Shown here: positions 7,941 to 16,494 of the stretch, piece by piece | Layout of the letters: each line of letters begins with the position of its first letter | How positions within the stretch are numbered: the stretch's first letter is position 1 | From: Burkholderiales bacterium | GTDB taxonomy: Bacteria > Pseudomonadota > Gammaproteobacteria > Burkholderiales > Usitatibacteraceae | Reading direction: 5' to 3' | Assembly: GCA_043772475.1 (NCBI GenBank) | Contig: JAYVGG010000255.1 | Location: 1-37,708, forward strand | DNA: 37,708 bases | The notes under the pieces: model-generated | What the model was told of the DNA's origin: nothing | The model's input: the letters and a program-made list of their open reading frames with translations, nothing else | Database searches by the model: none | Position numbers and translations under genes: made by a program

Positions 7941-7974
7941 CACTGGATTCCGGGTCGAGCCCGGAATGACAGTG
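7941..7974. repeat. REP-like hairpin between convergent genes (possible bidirectional terminator)
   Basis: cactgg-ATTCCGGG-tcgag-CCCGGAAT-ga-cagtg. An 8-bp perfect stem (7947-7954 with 7960-7967) is flanked by an outer 5-bp stem (7941-7945 with 7970-7974). Confidence 0.6.
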
Positions 7975-8016
7975 TTGGCGTGGTGGTGACGAGCGTAGCC
8001 CGCTGCGACGTGCCAT

Positions 8017-10296
8017 CTACGCCGTCTTCAACGCCGCCAAAATCTGCGCCGGGCTAAACGGCACCCGCCTAATCCGCACGCCGAGCGCATCAAACAACGC
8101 ATTACCAATCGCGGCTGCCATCGGCCGTGTCGAGGGCTCGCCCGCACCGCGTGATGTCGCATCAGGGCGGTTATTGAGATGCACGATCTCGATGGCATCT
8201 GGGGTATCGGTGATGTCGCCAATCGGGTAGCTATTCCAATCGAGGCTCAGGACGCGCGATGAATCAAAGCGCACTTCTTCATACATGGCGCGGCTCATGC
8301 CCTGGATGAGATTGGCTTCTATCGTGCCATTCAATAGACTTGGGTTGATGATGAGCCCGCAATCGTGCGCGCACACAAAGCGGGTCACGCGAAATTTGCC
8401 GGTGGTTTTATTGACTGACACTTCAGCAACAATGGCCACGACAGCGTTGTTGCGCGGTGCGTAGGCGATGCCGCGACCAATCGCAAACTGCCCGCCGTTA
8501 TTGGGGTTTGGGCCGATACGGGTCTGCCAGTTGGCTTTATCGGCAGCGGCTTTGACGACGGCGAGATCGCGTTTTTCAGTCAGGTATTTGAGGCGAAACG
8601 CAACCGGGTCGAGACCCGCTGCGAGCGCCATTTCATCCACAAAAGATTCGCTCGCAAAACACGTCGCCATGCCATCGGGGTCGCGCAAATGCGCGGTGCG
8701 TAGCGGTGTTGCAAGCGATTGCTCCCACGGGATGATGTGGCTCGTGGTGCGCTTACTCGGAAATTTATACGACTCGGCAGGGTACTGGTGCAGGTCGGTG
8801 CTGGCGGCCTTGTGCCCGCGCAATTGCCCTGCTAAAAAATCGCCCGCGACATCGGTGCCCGAAGGCCGAATGCGGCCAGAGTAGCCGTAGGCGGTGTAGT
8901 CGCAGGCGAGGATGTCGCCTTTTTCGTCGAGGGCTGCGGCAAGATTAAACGCAATCGGTGGGCCCTTCGCGTCCCACCCTGTGCCCTGCGCACGAGTGTA
9001 TTGCAGGCGCACGGGGCGACCGCAGGCTTGTGACAGTAATGCGGCGTCACCCGCGCAATCGTCGGCATCATTCATGCCATACGAGCCCGGCCCCGGCTGC
9101 CAAATGACGCGGATTTTTTCACGCGGGATGTTGAGTAGTAGCCCCAGTGCAGCGCGTAGCGGATACGGCTTTTGCCCACCCATCCAGACAATCGCCGCGT
9201 CACCCTTCACGTCGGCAATCGCGCAAGCGGGCCCCATCGAGGCGTGCGATTGAAACGGATACTCAAAGTGACCTTCGATGCGCTTAGCAGCACCGACGCT
9301 GGCCTTACTCACGTCGCCAATATTTTGCCCAGCCTTCGAGACCTTGGGCTTGTCGGTACGCAGTTTTTTGTAGAGCGCGTCGTAGTTTGCTGAATAGAGG
9401 GGTGCGGGTTTTGACCACGTAATTTTTAAATCACGCGCGGCGTTGATCGCCTGCTCCTCGCGCTCACAGATCACGCCGACGAACTCGCGGTCGTGGACGA
9501 TGCGGACGAGACCGGGAAATTTTTGCGTGAGATCGAGTGCCACCACCTTGGCGTGCGCCTCAGGCGGCGACACCATGCGCGCGTGAACCATGCCGGGTAC
9601 GTTGAGATCGACTAAATACGGATAGCCGCCGACCACCTTTTGCGGAATGTCCATGCGCGCGATGGACTTGCCGACAATCTTGTAATCCTTGGGGTTTTTG
9701 GTGGCAGGTTTTTCGGCGAGCTTGAGATTAAATTGTTTACCCCCGATGAGCTCGCCATAGCTCACGCGACGGCTCGCCTCACCGCGCACCCAGACGATAC
9801 CGTTTTCGACTTGCAGTTTGTCGCTCGCCACATTCAGCTTGACCGCAGCCATCGCAAGCAACGCGCGGCGCGCTTCCGCAGCCGCATTACGCAGCGCACT
9901 GCCGCCCTGCGAGATGCCGTTCGATGAGCCCGTGCCGCGCTGATCGACGGTGGAGGCGGTGTCCCCCATGCGGATTTCGACTGCGCTCAGCGGCACGTCT
10001 AGTTCTTCGGCCACAATCTGTGTGAAGGCCGTGCCGATGCCCATGCCCGCTTCAATCTTGCCGACCGATGCGGTGACGTTGCCGTTCGCTGCGATCCGCA
10101 CCCATGAGTCGAGCGCATCAGCGGCGATCTTATCCGGCCACACCGCACCGGGCTGCGGGAGCAAGGCCGCCGGGCGCGCGCCTTGCAGCGCGCAGCCCGA
10201 TGCTGCGAACGAAACAACGAGCGCACCGCCGGTCTTTAAGAATTCGCGCCGCGATACACCATGCTGCGCGCCAAATTGGGTAATCACAGTTGTCAT
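8017..10296 (-). CDS. Molybdopterin-binding large subunit of a xanthine dehydrogenase/aldehyde oxidase-family hydroxylase (IorB-like), TAT signal
   Basis: The internal ATG at 10296 follows GGGGG and lies 9 nt after the small-subunit stop. Twin-arginine signal MTTVITQFGAQHGVSRREFLKTGGALVVSFAASG. The ~760 aa length and overall composition are typical of IorB-type subunits. Confidence 0.8.
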   Translation of the reverse strand: MTTVITQFGAQHGVSRREFLKTGGALVVSFAASGCALQGARPAALLPQPGAVWPDKIAADALDSWVRIAANGNVTASVGKIEAGMGIGTAFTQIVAEELDVPLSAVEIRMGDTASTVDQRGTGSSNGISQGGSALRNAAAEARRALLAMAAVKLNVASDKLQVENGIVWVRGEASRRVSYGELIGGKQFNLKLAEKPATKNPKDYKIVGKSIARMDIPQKVVGGYPYLVDLNVPGMVHARMVSPPEAHAKVVALDLTQKFPGLVRIVHDREFVGVICEREEQAINAARDLKITWSKPAPLYSANYDALYKKLRTDKPKVSKAGQNIGDVSKASVGAAKRIEGHFEYPFQSHASMGPACAIADVKGDAAIVWMGGQKPYPLRAALGLLLNIPREKIRVIWQPGPGSYGMNDADDCAGDAALLSQACGRPVRLQYTRAQGTGWDAKGPPIAFNLAAALDEKGDILACDYTAYGYSGRIRPSGTDVAGDFLAGQLRGHKAASTDLHQYPAESYKFPSKRTTSHIIPWEQSLATPLRTAHLRDPDGMATCFASESFVDEMALAAGLDPVAFRLKYLTEKRDLAVVKAAADKANWQTRIGPNPNNGGQFAIGRGIAYAPRNNAVVAIVAEVSVNKTTGKFRVTRFVCAHDCGLIINPSLLNGTIEANLIQGMSRAMYEEVRFDSSRVLSLDWNSYPIGDITDTPDAIEIVHLNNRPDATSRGAGEPSTRPMAAAIGNALFDALGVRIRRVPFSPAQILAALKTA

Positions 10297-10304
10297 GGTG
10301 CCCC

Positions 10305-10787
10305 CTAAGCCGATTGTTTGGCGAGCGTTGCCGCCGCGCGTTTGACTGCACGCAGAATCCGCATGTGTGTGCCGCAGCGGCATTTGAGCCCGGCGAGCCC
10401 TTGACGAATTTCAGCGTCGTTCGCCTTGGGGTTGCGCGCGAGCAATGCGGCTGCGGTCATGATCCAGCCATTGATGCAGTAGCCGCACTGTGCCGCGTCT
10501 TCGTCGATGAAGGCCTGCTGCACCGCGTGTAAGGCTTTTCCTTCTGGTGCTAGGCCTTCGAGTGTGGTGATTTTTTCGCCCACCACGGCCGACACTGGCG
10601 TCACGCACGATCGCACCGCGTCCGTGCCTACGTGTACGGTACACGCGCCACATTGCGCGAGCCCGCAGCCGAACTTAGGCCCCGTGATATTGAGATCGTT
10701 TCGCAGCACATAAAGCAGTGGCGTGTCTGGCTCAACTTCAACGCGCAATTTTTTTCCGTTAACGGTTAGCGCAATAGCAACGGGCAT
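10305..10787 (-). CDS. (2Fe-2S)-binding small subunit of the molybdenum hydroxylase (IorA-like)
   Basis: 160 aa. Contains the plant-type cluster motif GCGLAQCGACTV and the second cluster motif QCGYCINGWIM...LKCRCGTH. Confidence 0.85.
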   Translation of the reverse strand: MPVAIALTVNGKKLRVEVEPDTPLLYVLRNDLNITGPKFGCGLAQCGACTVHVGTDAVRSCVTPVSAVVGEKITTLEGLAPEGKALHAVQQAFIDEDAAQCGYCINGWIMTAAALLARNPKANDAEIRQGLAGLKCRCGTHMRILRAVKRAAATLAKQSA

Positions 10788-11067
10788 GATGGTCTCCTAA
10801 ATTTTTCTTGAGGCTATGTTGCGAGTGTTGGCGGCAGGTGTCAATCTGATTACGCTCGGTTTTACATACCAGAACACAAGGCGCTCAATACGAGACATAA
10901 ACGCCGTGATCGCCACCGAAATTGCGCCCCTCGCACACGCAGCGCGTGCACTGTGAACCATCAGCGGCTGCGCTTCATCACCCTATTCACCACCGTGCGT
11001 AACCCGAATCACCACTATCGGCGCGGTGTTCCGGCGATTCACCCACACCGTGTGTGCAAGCCGCACC

Positions 11068-11637
11068 CTACCAAAGCCTTTCACCGCGCGTAACCTTCGC
11101 CGCCATCTCGTGCAAAAACGCAGCCGGCCCAAAGCCAAACCGCTCGCCCGCCCGCTCGTAGAAAAACGGCCGCTTGGTGCGCGTCGCAAATTCTTCCATC
11201 CAGCCAATCATTGCCGCATCCGGCTCACGCCCGGCATTGCACAAAATATAGGCAGGGGCGTTTTGCCATTTGATCGGGACGATCATCACGCCGATTTCGT
11301 CGGGTCGAAAATTTTCCGGGAACGGGCTGTCCTTTTGCAACCACCCGCAGATGAAGTGTCGGCACGGGTCTTTGGGGCGTGTGTCGTAAATCGTGCAGCA
11401 ACCTTCGCCGCGATAAAAGCAGGGTGTGCCGGGCTTCATCTCGTGACCGTTGATGGTGGCGGCTGCCCAGCCATCGCAGCAGGCGGTGCAGGTGCCGCAT
11501 TGGCGCGCGGCCAAGGGGGCGGCGATGGGGGCGGCGATGGGAGCAGGGGCGATATTGATCACCGCGCCGCAGCACTTCTTAAATTTTTTTCCGCTGCCAC
11601 AGAGGCAGGCATCGTTGCGTCCGGGGGGTGTGATCAT
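11068..11637 (-). CDS. Cys-rich zinc/iron-binding protein: N-terminal SEC-C motif plus a YkgJ-like CxxCxxCC domain
   Basis: 189 aa. DACLCGSGKKFKKCCG is a SEC-C motif. It is followed by a PIAAPIAAP linker (a 12-nt tandem ggggcggcgatg x2 at 11516-11539), then CGTCTACCDGW...PCFY..EGCCTIYD.RP..CR.F. Confidence 0.6.
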   Translation of the reverse strand: MITPPGRNDACLCGSGKKFKKCCGAVINIAPAPIAAPIAAPLAARQCGTCTACCDGWAAATINGHEMKPGTPCFYRGEGCCTIYDTRPKDPCRHFICGWLQKDSPFPENFRPDEIGVMIVPIKWQNAPAYILCNAGREPDAAMIGWMEEFATRTKRPFFYERAGERFGFGPAAFLHEMAAKVTRGERLW

Positions 11638-11701
11638 GTGCGCCTCAAAGACTTACTGTTAAGCTGACCGTATCGCATTCTGCATATCAGAAAACACCCG
11701 C

Positions 11702-12895
11702 ATGAAAGTGTATCTCGTCGTTCTGCTTGCTATTTTATCGAGCATTGGCCAACGTGGCGGCAAGGTGTTGACCTCGTTGTCCGCGCTCGAAATCGGCGCG
11801 AGCGCGTTTACGGTTGGTGTGCTGGCGGCTACCTATGCGGTCTTTCCGCTGCTGCTCGCGGTGGTTGCGGGGCGCATCTCGGATCGGCTTGGCGTGCGCT
11901 TCCCGATCATGCTGGGGGCGCTCGTGATGGCGCTGGGGATTTTTATTCCGGCCATCAATACCGGGAGTCTCGCCCTACTTTTTCTGTGCCCGGCACTCGC
12001 GGGCTTGGGACATATTTTTTTGCACGTCTCAATTCATAACGCGGTCGGCGCATTTGGGGACCGGTCTGATCGCGCCAAAAATTTCGGCACCTTCGCGCTC
12101 GGCGCGTCCATCGCTACCTTTATTGGCCCAGCACTCGCTGGTATCGCGATTGATCATCTTGGCTATCGCCCGGCGTTTCTGATTATTGGTGGGTGTGTGT
12201 TGGCGATCACGGTACTGGTGCTGGTGTTTCCGGGCATCGTGCCCGCGCATGTTAAGCACCACGACGAGAAACGTGGCGCGCTTGATTTACTGCAAAGTGC
12301 CGGGCTCAGACGCACGCTCATCATGAGCGGTGTTGCACTCACGGGGATTGAGCTTTTCTCGTTTTACTTTCCGGTGTATGGCAAATCAATTGGGCTATCT
12401 GCGACATGGATCGGGCTCGTGATGAGCGCCTACGCAGCGGCGGCGTTTGTGGTCAGGCTTGGTATGGGCCGTCTTGTCCTACGCTATACCGAGATTGGCG
12501 TTCTCACGTTTTCGCTGTTCGTGGCCGCCCTCACCTACGGGCTGATGCCGTTTTTTACCAATCCCTACGCGCTCTCGGCGGTGGCGTTTTTGCTGGGGCT
12601 GGGGCTTGGTAGCGCGCAGCCGCTCACCATCATGCTCACCTACAACCACGCGCCGCCGGGGCGCTCGGGCGAGGCGCTGGGGCTCAGGCTCACCGCCAAT
12701 AAATTTACCCAATTGCTCGTTCCGCTTGCATTCGGTAGCATAGGCACAGCACTTGGAGTCGCGCCAGTGTTTTGGGCGAACGCGGTGTTTTTGTTGATCG
12801 GTGGTACTGTTTCGTATCTCAGTCGCAGCACGCTACACGAAGCGCCCGTTGATGCCGCGCCCAAACCGATTGACGAACTGGAGGAGACAAAATGA
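11702..12895 (+). CDS. MFS transporter
   Basis: 397 aa and about 12 hydrophobic segments. Contains the MFS loop motif GRISDRLGVR. Confidence 0.8.
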   Translation: MKVYLVVLLAILSSIGQRGGKVLTSLSALEIGASAFTVGVLAATYAVFPLLLAVVAGRISDRLGVRFPIMLGALVMALGIFIPAINTGSLALLFLCPALAGLGHIFLHVSIHNAVGAFGDRSDRAKNFGTFALGASIATFIGPALAGIAIDHLGYRPAFLIIGGCVLAITVLVLVFPGIVPAHVKHHDEKRGALDLLQSAGLRRTLIMSGVALTGIELFSFYFPVYGKSIGLSATWIGLVMSAYAAAAFVVRLGMGRLVLRYTEIGVLTFSLFVAALTYGLMPFFTNPYALSAVAFLLGLGLGSAQPLTIMLTYNHAPPGRSGEALGLRLTANKFTQLLVPLAFGSIGTALGVAPVFWANAVFLLIGGTVSYLSRSTLHEAPVDAAPKPIDELEETK

Positions 12896-13242
12896 ACGCG
12901 AATAAATTATGGTGCGGCCTACTCTTGAGTGGCGCAATGTCAGCCGTGTACGCGCAAACACCCGCCGGTGACGTCGGTGCCGGCCAAAAGGCCTACATGA
13001 AAAACATGTGCGACGCCTGCCACGGCACGGCGGGACAAGGCGGCGACCGGGGTGCTGGCCCCAAGATCGCACCTAATCCATTTCCCTTCGAAGCATTCAA
13101 CATGCAGATGCGCCGCCCACGCGCGGTGATGCCACGTTACAGCGAAGAATTTTTAAGCGCCAAAGACATGGCCGACATCTACGCGTACATGCTGTCGATA
13201 AAAGAAGGGCCGAAAGCCAAAGATATTCCGCTGCTTAAATAA
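12892..13242 (+). CDS. Periplasmic class I c-type cytochrome
   Basis: 116 aa. Signal peptide ...GAMSAVYA|QTP, a single CDACHG heme site, and a distal VMPRY Met. The start overlaps the MFS stop (ATGA). Confidence 0.8.
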   Translation: MNANKLWCGLLLSGAMSAVYAQTPAGDVGAGQKAYMKNMCDACHGTAGQGGDRGAGPKIAPNPFPFEAFNMQMRRPRAVMPRYSEEFLSAKDMADIYAYMLSIKEGPKAKDIPLLK

Positions 13243-13307
13243 TAGGCAATGGCTGAAAAGCCGCGTGGATGCTAGGGTTTGACGTGTATTGCGCCCTGCA
13301 TGACAGG

Positions 13308-15212
13308 CTAGCGCCCTTGACACACCGCATCCACCAGCGCCGGTGCACCACCTTTCACGACGGCCAACGCGCGCTTGATCGCGGCGTTGAGCTTGGCCGG
13401 GTCTTCAATCGGGCCCTCTGACCACACCCCTTGTGCCTCGGCGAGTTTGGCGTAGTTGATCGGTGGTTTGTCGAGCACATTGCCGATCCAGGCCTGATCG
13501 GGGCGGCGGTTGTGAACCGATGCCATACGTTGTAGGTGCATGACTTCCTGATGGTAGCCACGATTGTTATGCATCACCATCAGCAGCGGAATCTTGTGAT
13601 ACGCCGCCGTCCACAGCACGCCGGGCGCGTACATCAAATCGCCGTCGGGTTGAATCGTGACCGAGATGAGGCCCTTCGCTTTATTGGCGAGTGCTGCCCC
13701 AACAGCGGCAGGTGCCGCGTAGCCCACGCCCTGCCCGCCGGAACCACCGAGCATGTGGTGATAGTCCGTCGTCGGCCATAGATTGCGCGGCCAGCCTAGG
13801 CGGTCACTCACCACGAGCGACCAAGGTTCATTCTTGATTACATCGTAGAGCTCCATCGACAAGCGCGCGGTTGAGATCGGGCGTAAATCCCAGCCGACGG
13901 CGGCGGCTTCGCGGATGCGCGTGTTGGCGCGCTTTCGATCTTCCTTAAATTTATCCGTGCGCGCCATAAGCACACTGCGACGCGCATCGGTCATCACTTT
14001 TTTGATTTCTTCGGTGAGCGCCGGGAGGCTCGTCTGCGCGTCGCCATTGATCGGGAGATCGACCGGCATGAAGCGCTGGTGATCTTGATAGTTCGAGCGG
14101 ATGTACACGTCCTGCATCGAAATGTTGATAATTTTTACGCCCTCTTTGCCCACGAAGCGCTGCTCTTTGTGCGGGTCTGAGAAAGTATGGAATTGCCCCC
14201 ATGAATCGGCAACTTCGAGGAGCAGCACCACGTCCGCGTTGCGAACAAGGTTGCGCCGCGCTTCGGTCTGGCTTAAGTGGTGCGTATTGGGGAAATTCAT
14301 CCGGCCACCGATATCGATCACCGGCGCATTGAGCGATTCGGCGAGCGCTATCATCGCTTTCACACCATCCTGATTTCGTACCGCGCGATCCGCGATGATG
14401 ACCGGTGCTTCTGCATTTACGAGCATCCGCGCGGCTTCTGCGAGGGCGTTGCGATCCCCCTGCGATGGTTTCGAGAGCGTCAGTTTGGGAATCTTGAGCG
14501 CGTCATCGTGGATCGCGTCTTCCTGCAAATCAATATCGGCCGAGATCAGGACCGGCTCCATCGGCGGGGTCATGGCGATTTTGTAGGCACGCACGGTGGA
14601 TTCCGCGAAGTGCTGAAGCGAGGCCGGGTAATCGTCCCACTTCACAAAATCTCGCACCATCGCGGCGACGTCCTGCACAGAGTGATTCCATTCCGTGCCG
14701 GGGCGGCGCTTGTTCGCGTCCAGTCCATTGCCCGCGAACATCATAACCGGCACACGATCCACCCACGCGTTGTAAATCGCCATTGCCGCGTGTTGCAAGC
14801 CCACGGTGCCGTGCAGCATCACGCCCATTGGTTTACCTGCGGCCTTTGCGAAGCCGTGTGCCATCGCGACCGACGTTTCTTCATGCAGACAAGTGAGTAG
14901 CTCAGGCGCTTTATTGCCGCCATAGTTAACGAGTGATTCGTGCAGGCTGCGAAAGCTGGAGCCCGGGTTCGCAGCAATGTATTCAAGATCGAGCTTCTTG
15001 ATAACGTCCACCATAAAATCTGAGCCGGGACGCGCAATCATAAGATCGCCGGGGTGGGGTTTTTCTTTTTTCTTCGCGGCTGGCTTTGCCTCGGGTGTGG
15101 CGGCCTCGGCAGCAGGGACCAGCGCAGCGGCGGCACCGACGGTGGCAACAGCAGACTGCATGAAGGCGCGGCGATCAAGGCGCGTAGCGCCGCTGTCTTT
15201 TTCGTCTGTCAT
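13308..15212 (-). CDS. Thiamine diphosphate-dependent enzyme (acetolactate synthase-like fold) with a twin-arginine export signal
   Basis: Start at ATG 15212 (MTDEKDSGATRLDRRAFMQSAVATVGAAAALVPAAEA). A Lys/Pro/Ala linker follows, then the ThDP N-domain (catalytic Glu in CLHEETSVAMAHGFAKA) and the C-terminal ThDP motif (GGQGVGYA...QPDGDLMY...LLMVMHNN). Confidence 0.75.
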   Translation of the reverse strand: MTDEKDSGATRLDRRAFMQSAVATVGAAAALVPAAEAATPEAKPAAKKKEKPHPGDLMIARPGSDFMVDVIKKLDLEYIAANPGSSFRSLHESLVNYGGNKAPELLTCLHEETSVAMAHGFAKAAGKPMGVMLHGTVGLQHAAMAIYNAWVDRVPVMMFAGNGLDANKRRPGTEWNHSVQDVAAMVRDFVKWDDYPASLQHFAESTVRAYKIAMTPPMEPVLISADIDLQEDAIHDDALKIPKLTLSKPSQGDRNALAEAARMLVNAEAPVIIADRAVRNQDGVKAMIALAESLNAPVIDIGGRMNFPNTHHLSQTEARRNLVRNADVVLLLEVADSWGQFHTFSDPHKEQRFVGKEGVKIINISMQDVYIRSNYQDHQRFMPVDLPINGDAQTSLPALTEEIKKVMTDARRSVLMARTDKFKEDRKRANTRIREAAAVGWDLRPISTARLSMELYDVIKNEPWSLVVSDRLGWPRNLWPTTDYHHMLGGSGGQGVGYAAPAAVGAALANKAKGLISVTIQPDGDLMYAPGVLWTAAYHKIPLLMVMHNNRGYHQEVMHLQRMASVHNRRPDQAWIGNVLDKPPINYAKLAEAQGVWSEGPIEDPAKLNAAIKRALAVVKGGAPALVDAVCQGR

Positions 15213-15474
15213 CGTGGGCTCTTTCGGTGGGCGGTGGCGGGAGTTTCTGCTATGCAAAACAACTGGCAATCAGCGTAGCGCGTGCGACGGGTGGTGTCAA
15301 ACACGCTCGCGCGCAAGGCTCTGTGCATTGCCACGTCATCACCCACACCTCGCGCTGCGTTACGCACGTTGGCGTGGGTCAAGGCATAAAATCGGTGTAT
15401 CGGCGACGCTACGCCGAAGCCGATACCACGTCCTCACCTTTCTGTTAATCGCATTCCACTCGCTAGGATCTCAA

Positions 15475-16449
15475 ATGACCAAGCTCTCCACATTCCTCGG
15501 TGTCGCTGCAGTCGGGCTCGCACTATTCACGTCCAGCACGTTCGCGCAAACCGCGTTCCCGACGAAGCCGATCAAAATCATCGTTCCCGTGGCCCCCGGT
15601 GGCGGCGTCGATCTAGTCGGGCGTTTGGTGGGCGACCGTCTGAGCAAGGTGCTTGGACAATCTGTGCTGATCGAAAACATCGGCGGTGGCGGGGGCATTC
15701 TTGGCTCACAGGCGACCGCACGGGCGGCAGCGGATGGCCACACGCTCATGGTGGGCTATGTGGGCACGCACGGCACTAATCCTGCACTTCGCAAATTGCC
15801 CTACGACGCGGTCGCCGATTTCACACCGATTGCAATGGTGGGCGGTACACCCAATGTGCTGGTGCTAAACCCATCGGTGCCAGCGAAAGATTTCAAGGAG
15901 CTTATCGCCTACGCAAAAGCAAATGCCGCCACGGCGAGCTACGGCTCTGCCGGTCAGGGCACGCTCACCCATCTCGTGATGGAGCAGATCAAGGACGCTA
16001 CCGGAACTGCGATGGTGCATGTGCCGTACAAGGGTATTACCCCCGCGATTACCGATCTCCTCGGTGGGCAGACCAACATGGCCGCTCCCGGTCTTGCGGC
16101 CGCCCTCCCCCACATCAAGGCCGGTAAGTTGCGCCCGATTGCGGTGACGGGGACTGTGCGGCATCCACTCTTGCCCGATGTGCCAACGCTCGAAGAGCTT
16201 GGCCTCAAAGGCTTTGACGGCGTGCAGTGGTACGGCATTGTTGGCCCGGCCAAAATGCCAGCGGACGTTGTTAAACGCCTCCATACCGAGATCAATAAAA
16301 TCATTGTCGCACCAGAGATCAAAGAGCGGCTCGCAGGTGAGGCACTTGAGGCGCTACCTATGAGTGCAGAGCAATTTGGCAATTACATCAAGGCCGACAT
16401 TGCGAAATGGAAAGCCGTGGTTAAAGCGGGCAACATCCAAATCGACTAA
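15475..16449 (+). CDS. Bug-family (TctC-like) tripartite tricarboxylate transporter substrate-binding protein
   Basis: ATG at 15475 gives MTKLSTFLGVAAVGLALFTSSTFA|QTAFPTKPIKIIVPVAPGGGVD, a typical Bug N-terminus. The listed ORF 14977-16449 is an artefactual 5' extension that overlaps the divergent gene. Confidence 0.85.
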   Translation: MTKLSTFLGVAAVGLALFTSSTFAQTAFPTKPIKIIVPVAPGGGVDLVGRLVGDRLSKVLGQSVLIENIGGGGGILGSQATARAAADGHTLMVGYVGTHGTNPALRKLPYDAVADFTPIAMVGGTPNVLVLNPSVPAKDFKELIAYAKANAATASYGSAGQGTLTHLVMEQIKDATGTAMVHVPYKGITPAITDLLGGQTNMAAPGLAAALPHIKAGKLRPIAVTGTVRHPLLPDVPTLEELGLKGFDGVQWYGIVGPAKMPADVVKRLHTEINKIIVAPEIKERLAGEALEALPMSAEQFGNYIKADIAKWKAVVKAGNIQID

Positions 16450-16494
16450 CGTGTAAAACACAACCGCAATCGCAACCCAACCTTAAAGAAACCC

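Noticed and set aside
12892-13242. Cytochrome c as the missing third subunit of the IorAB-like hydroxylase
   Set aside because: It is on the opposite strand, separated from the hydroxylase by the SEC-C and MFS genes, and translationally coupled to the MFS gene instead. There is no sequence-based support for a link.
14977-15474. 5' extension of the TctC ORF (listed as 14977-16449, 490 aa)
   Set aside because: It overlaps the N-terminus of the opposite-strand ThDP enzyme. The Bug-family signal peptide and mature N-terminus start at 15475.
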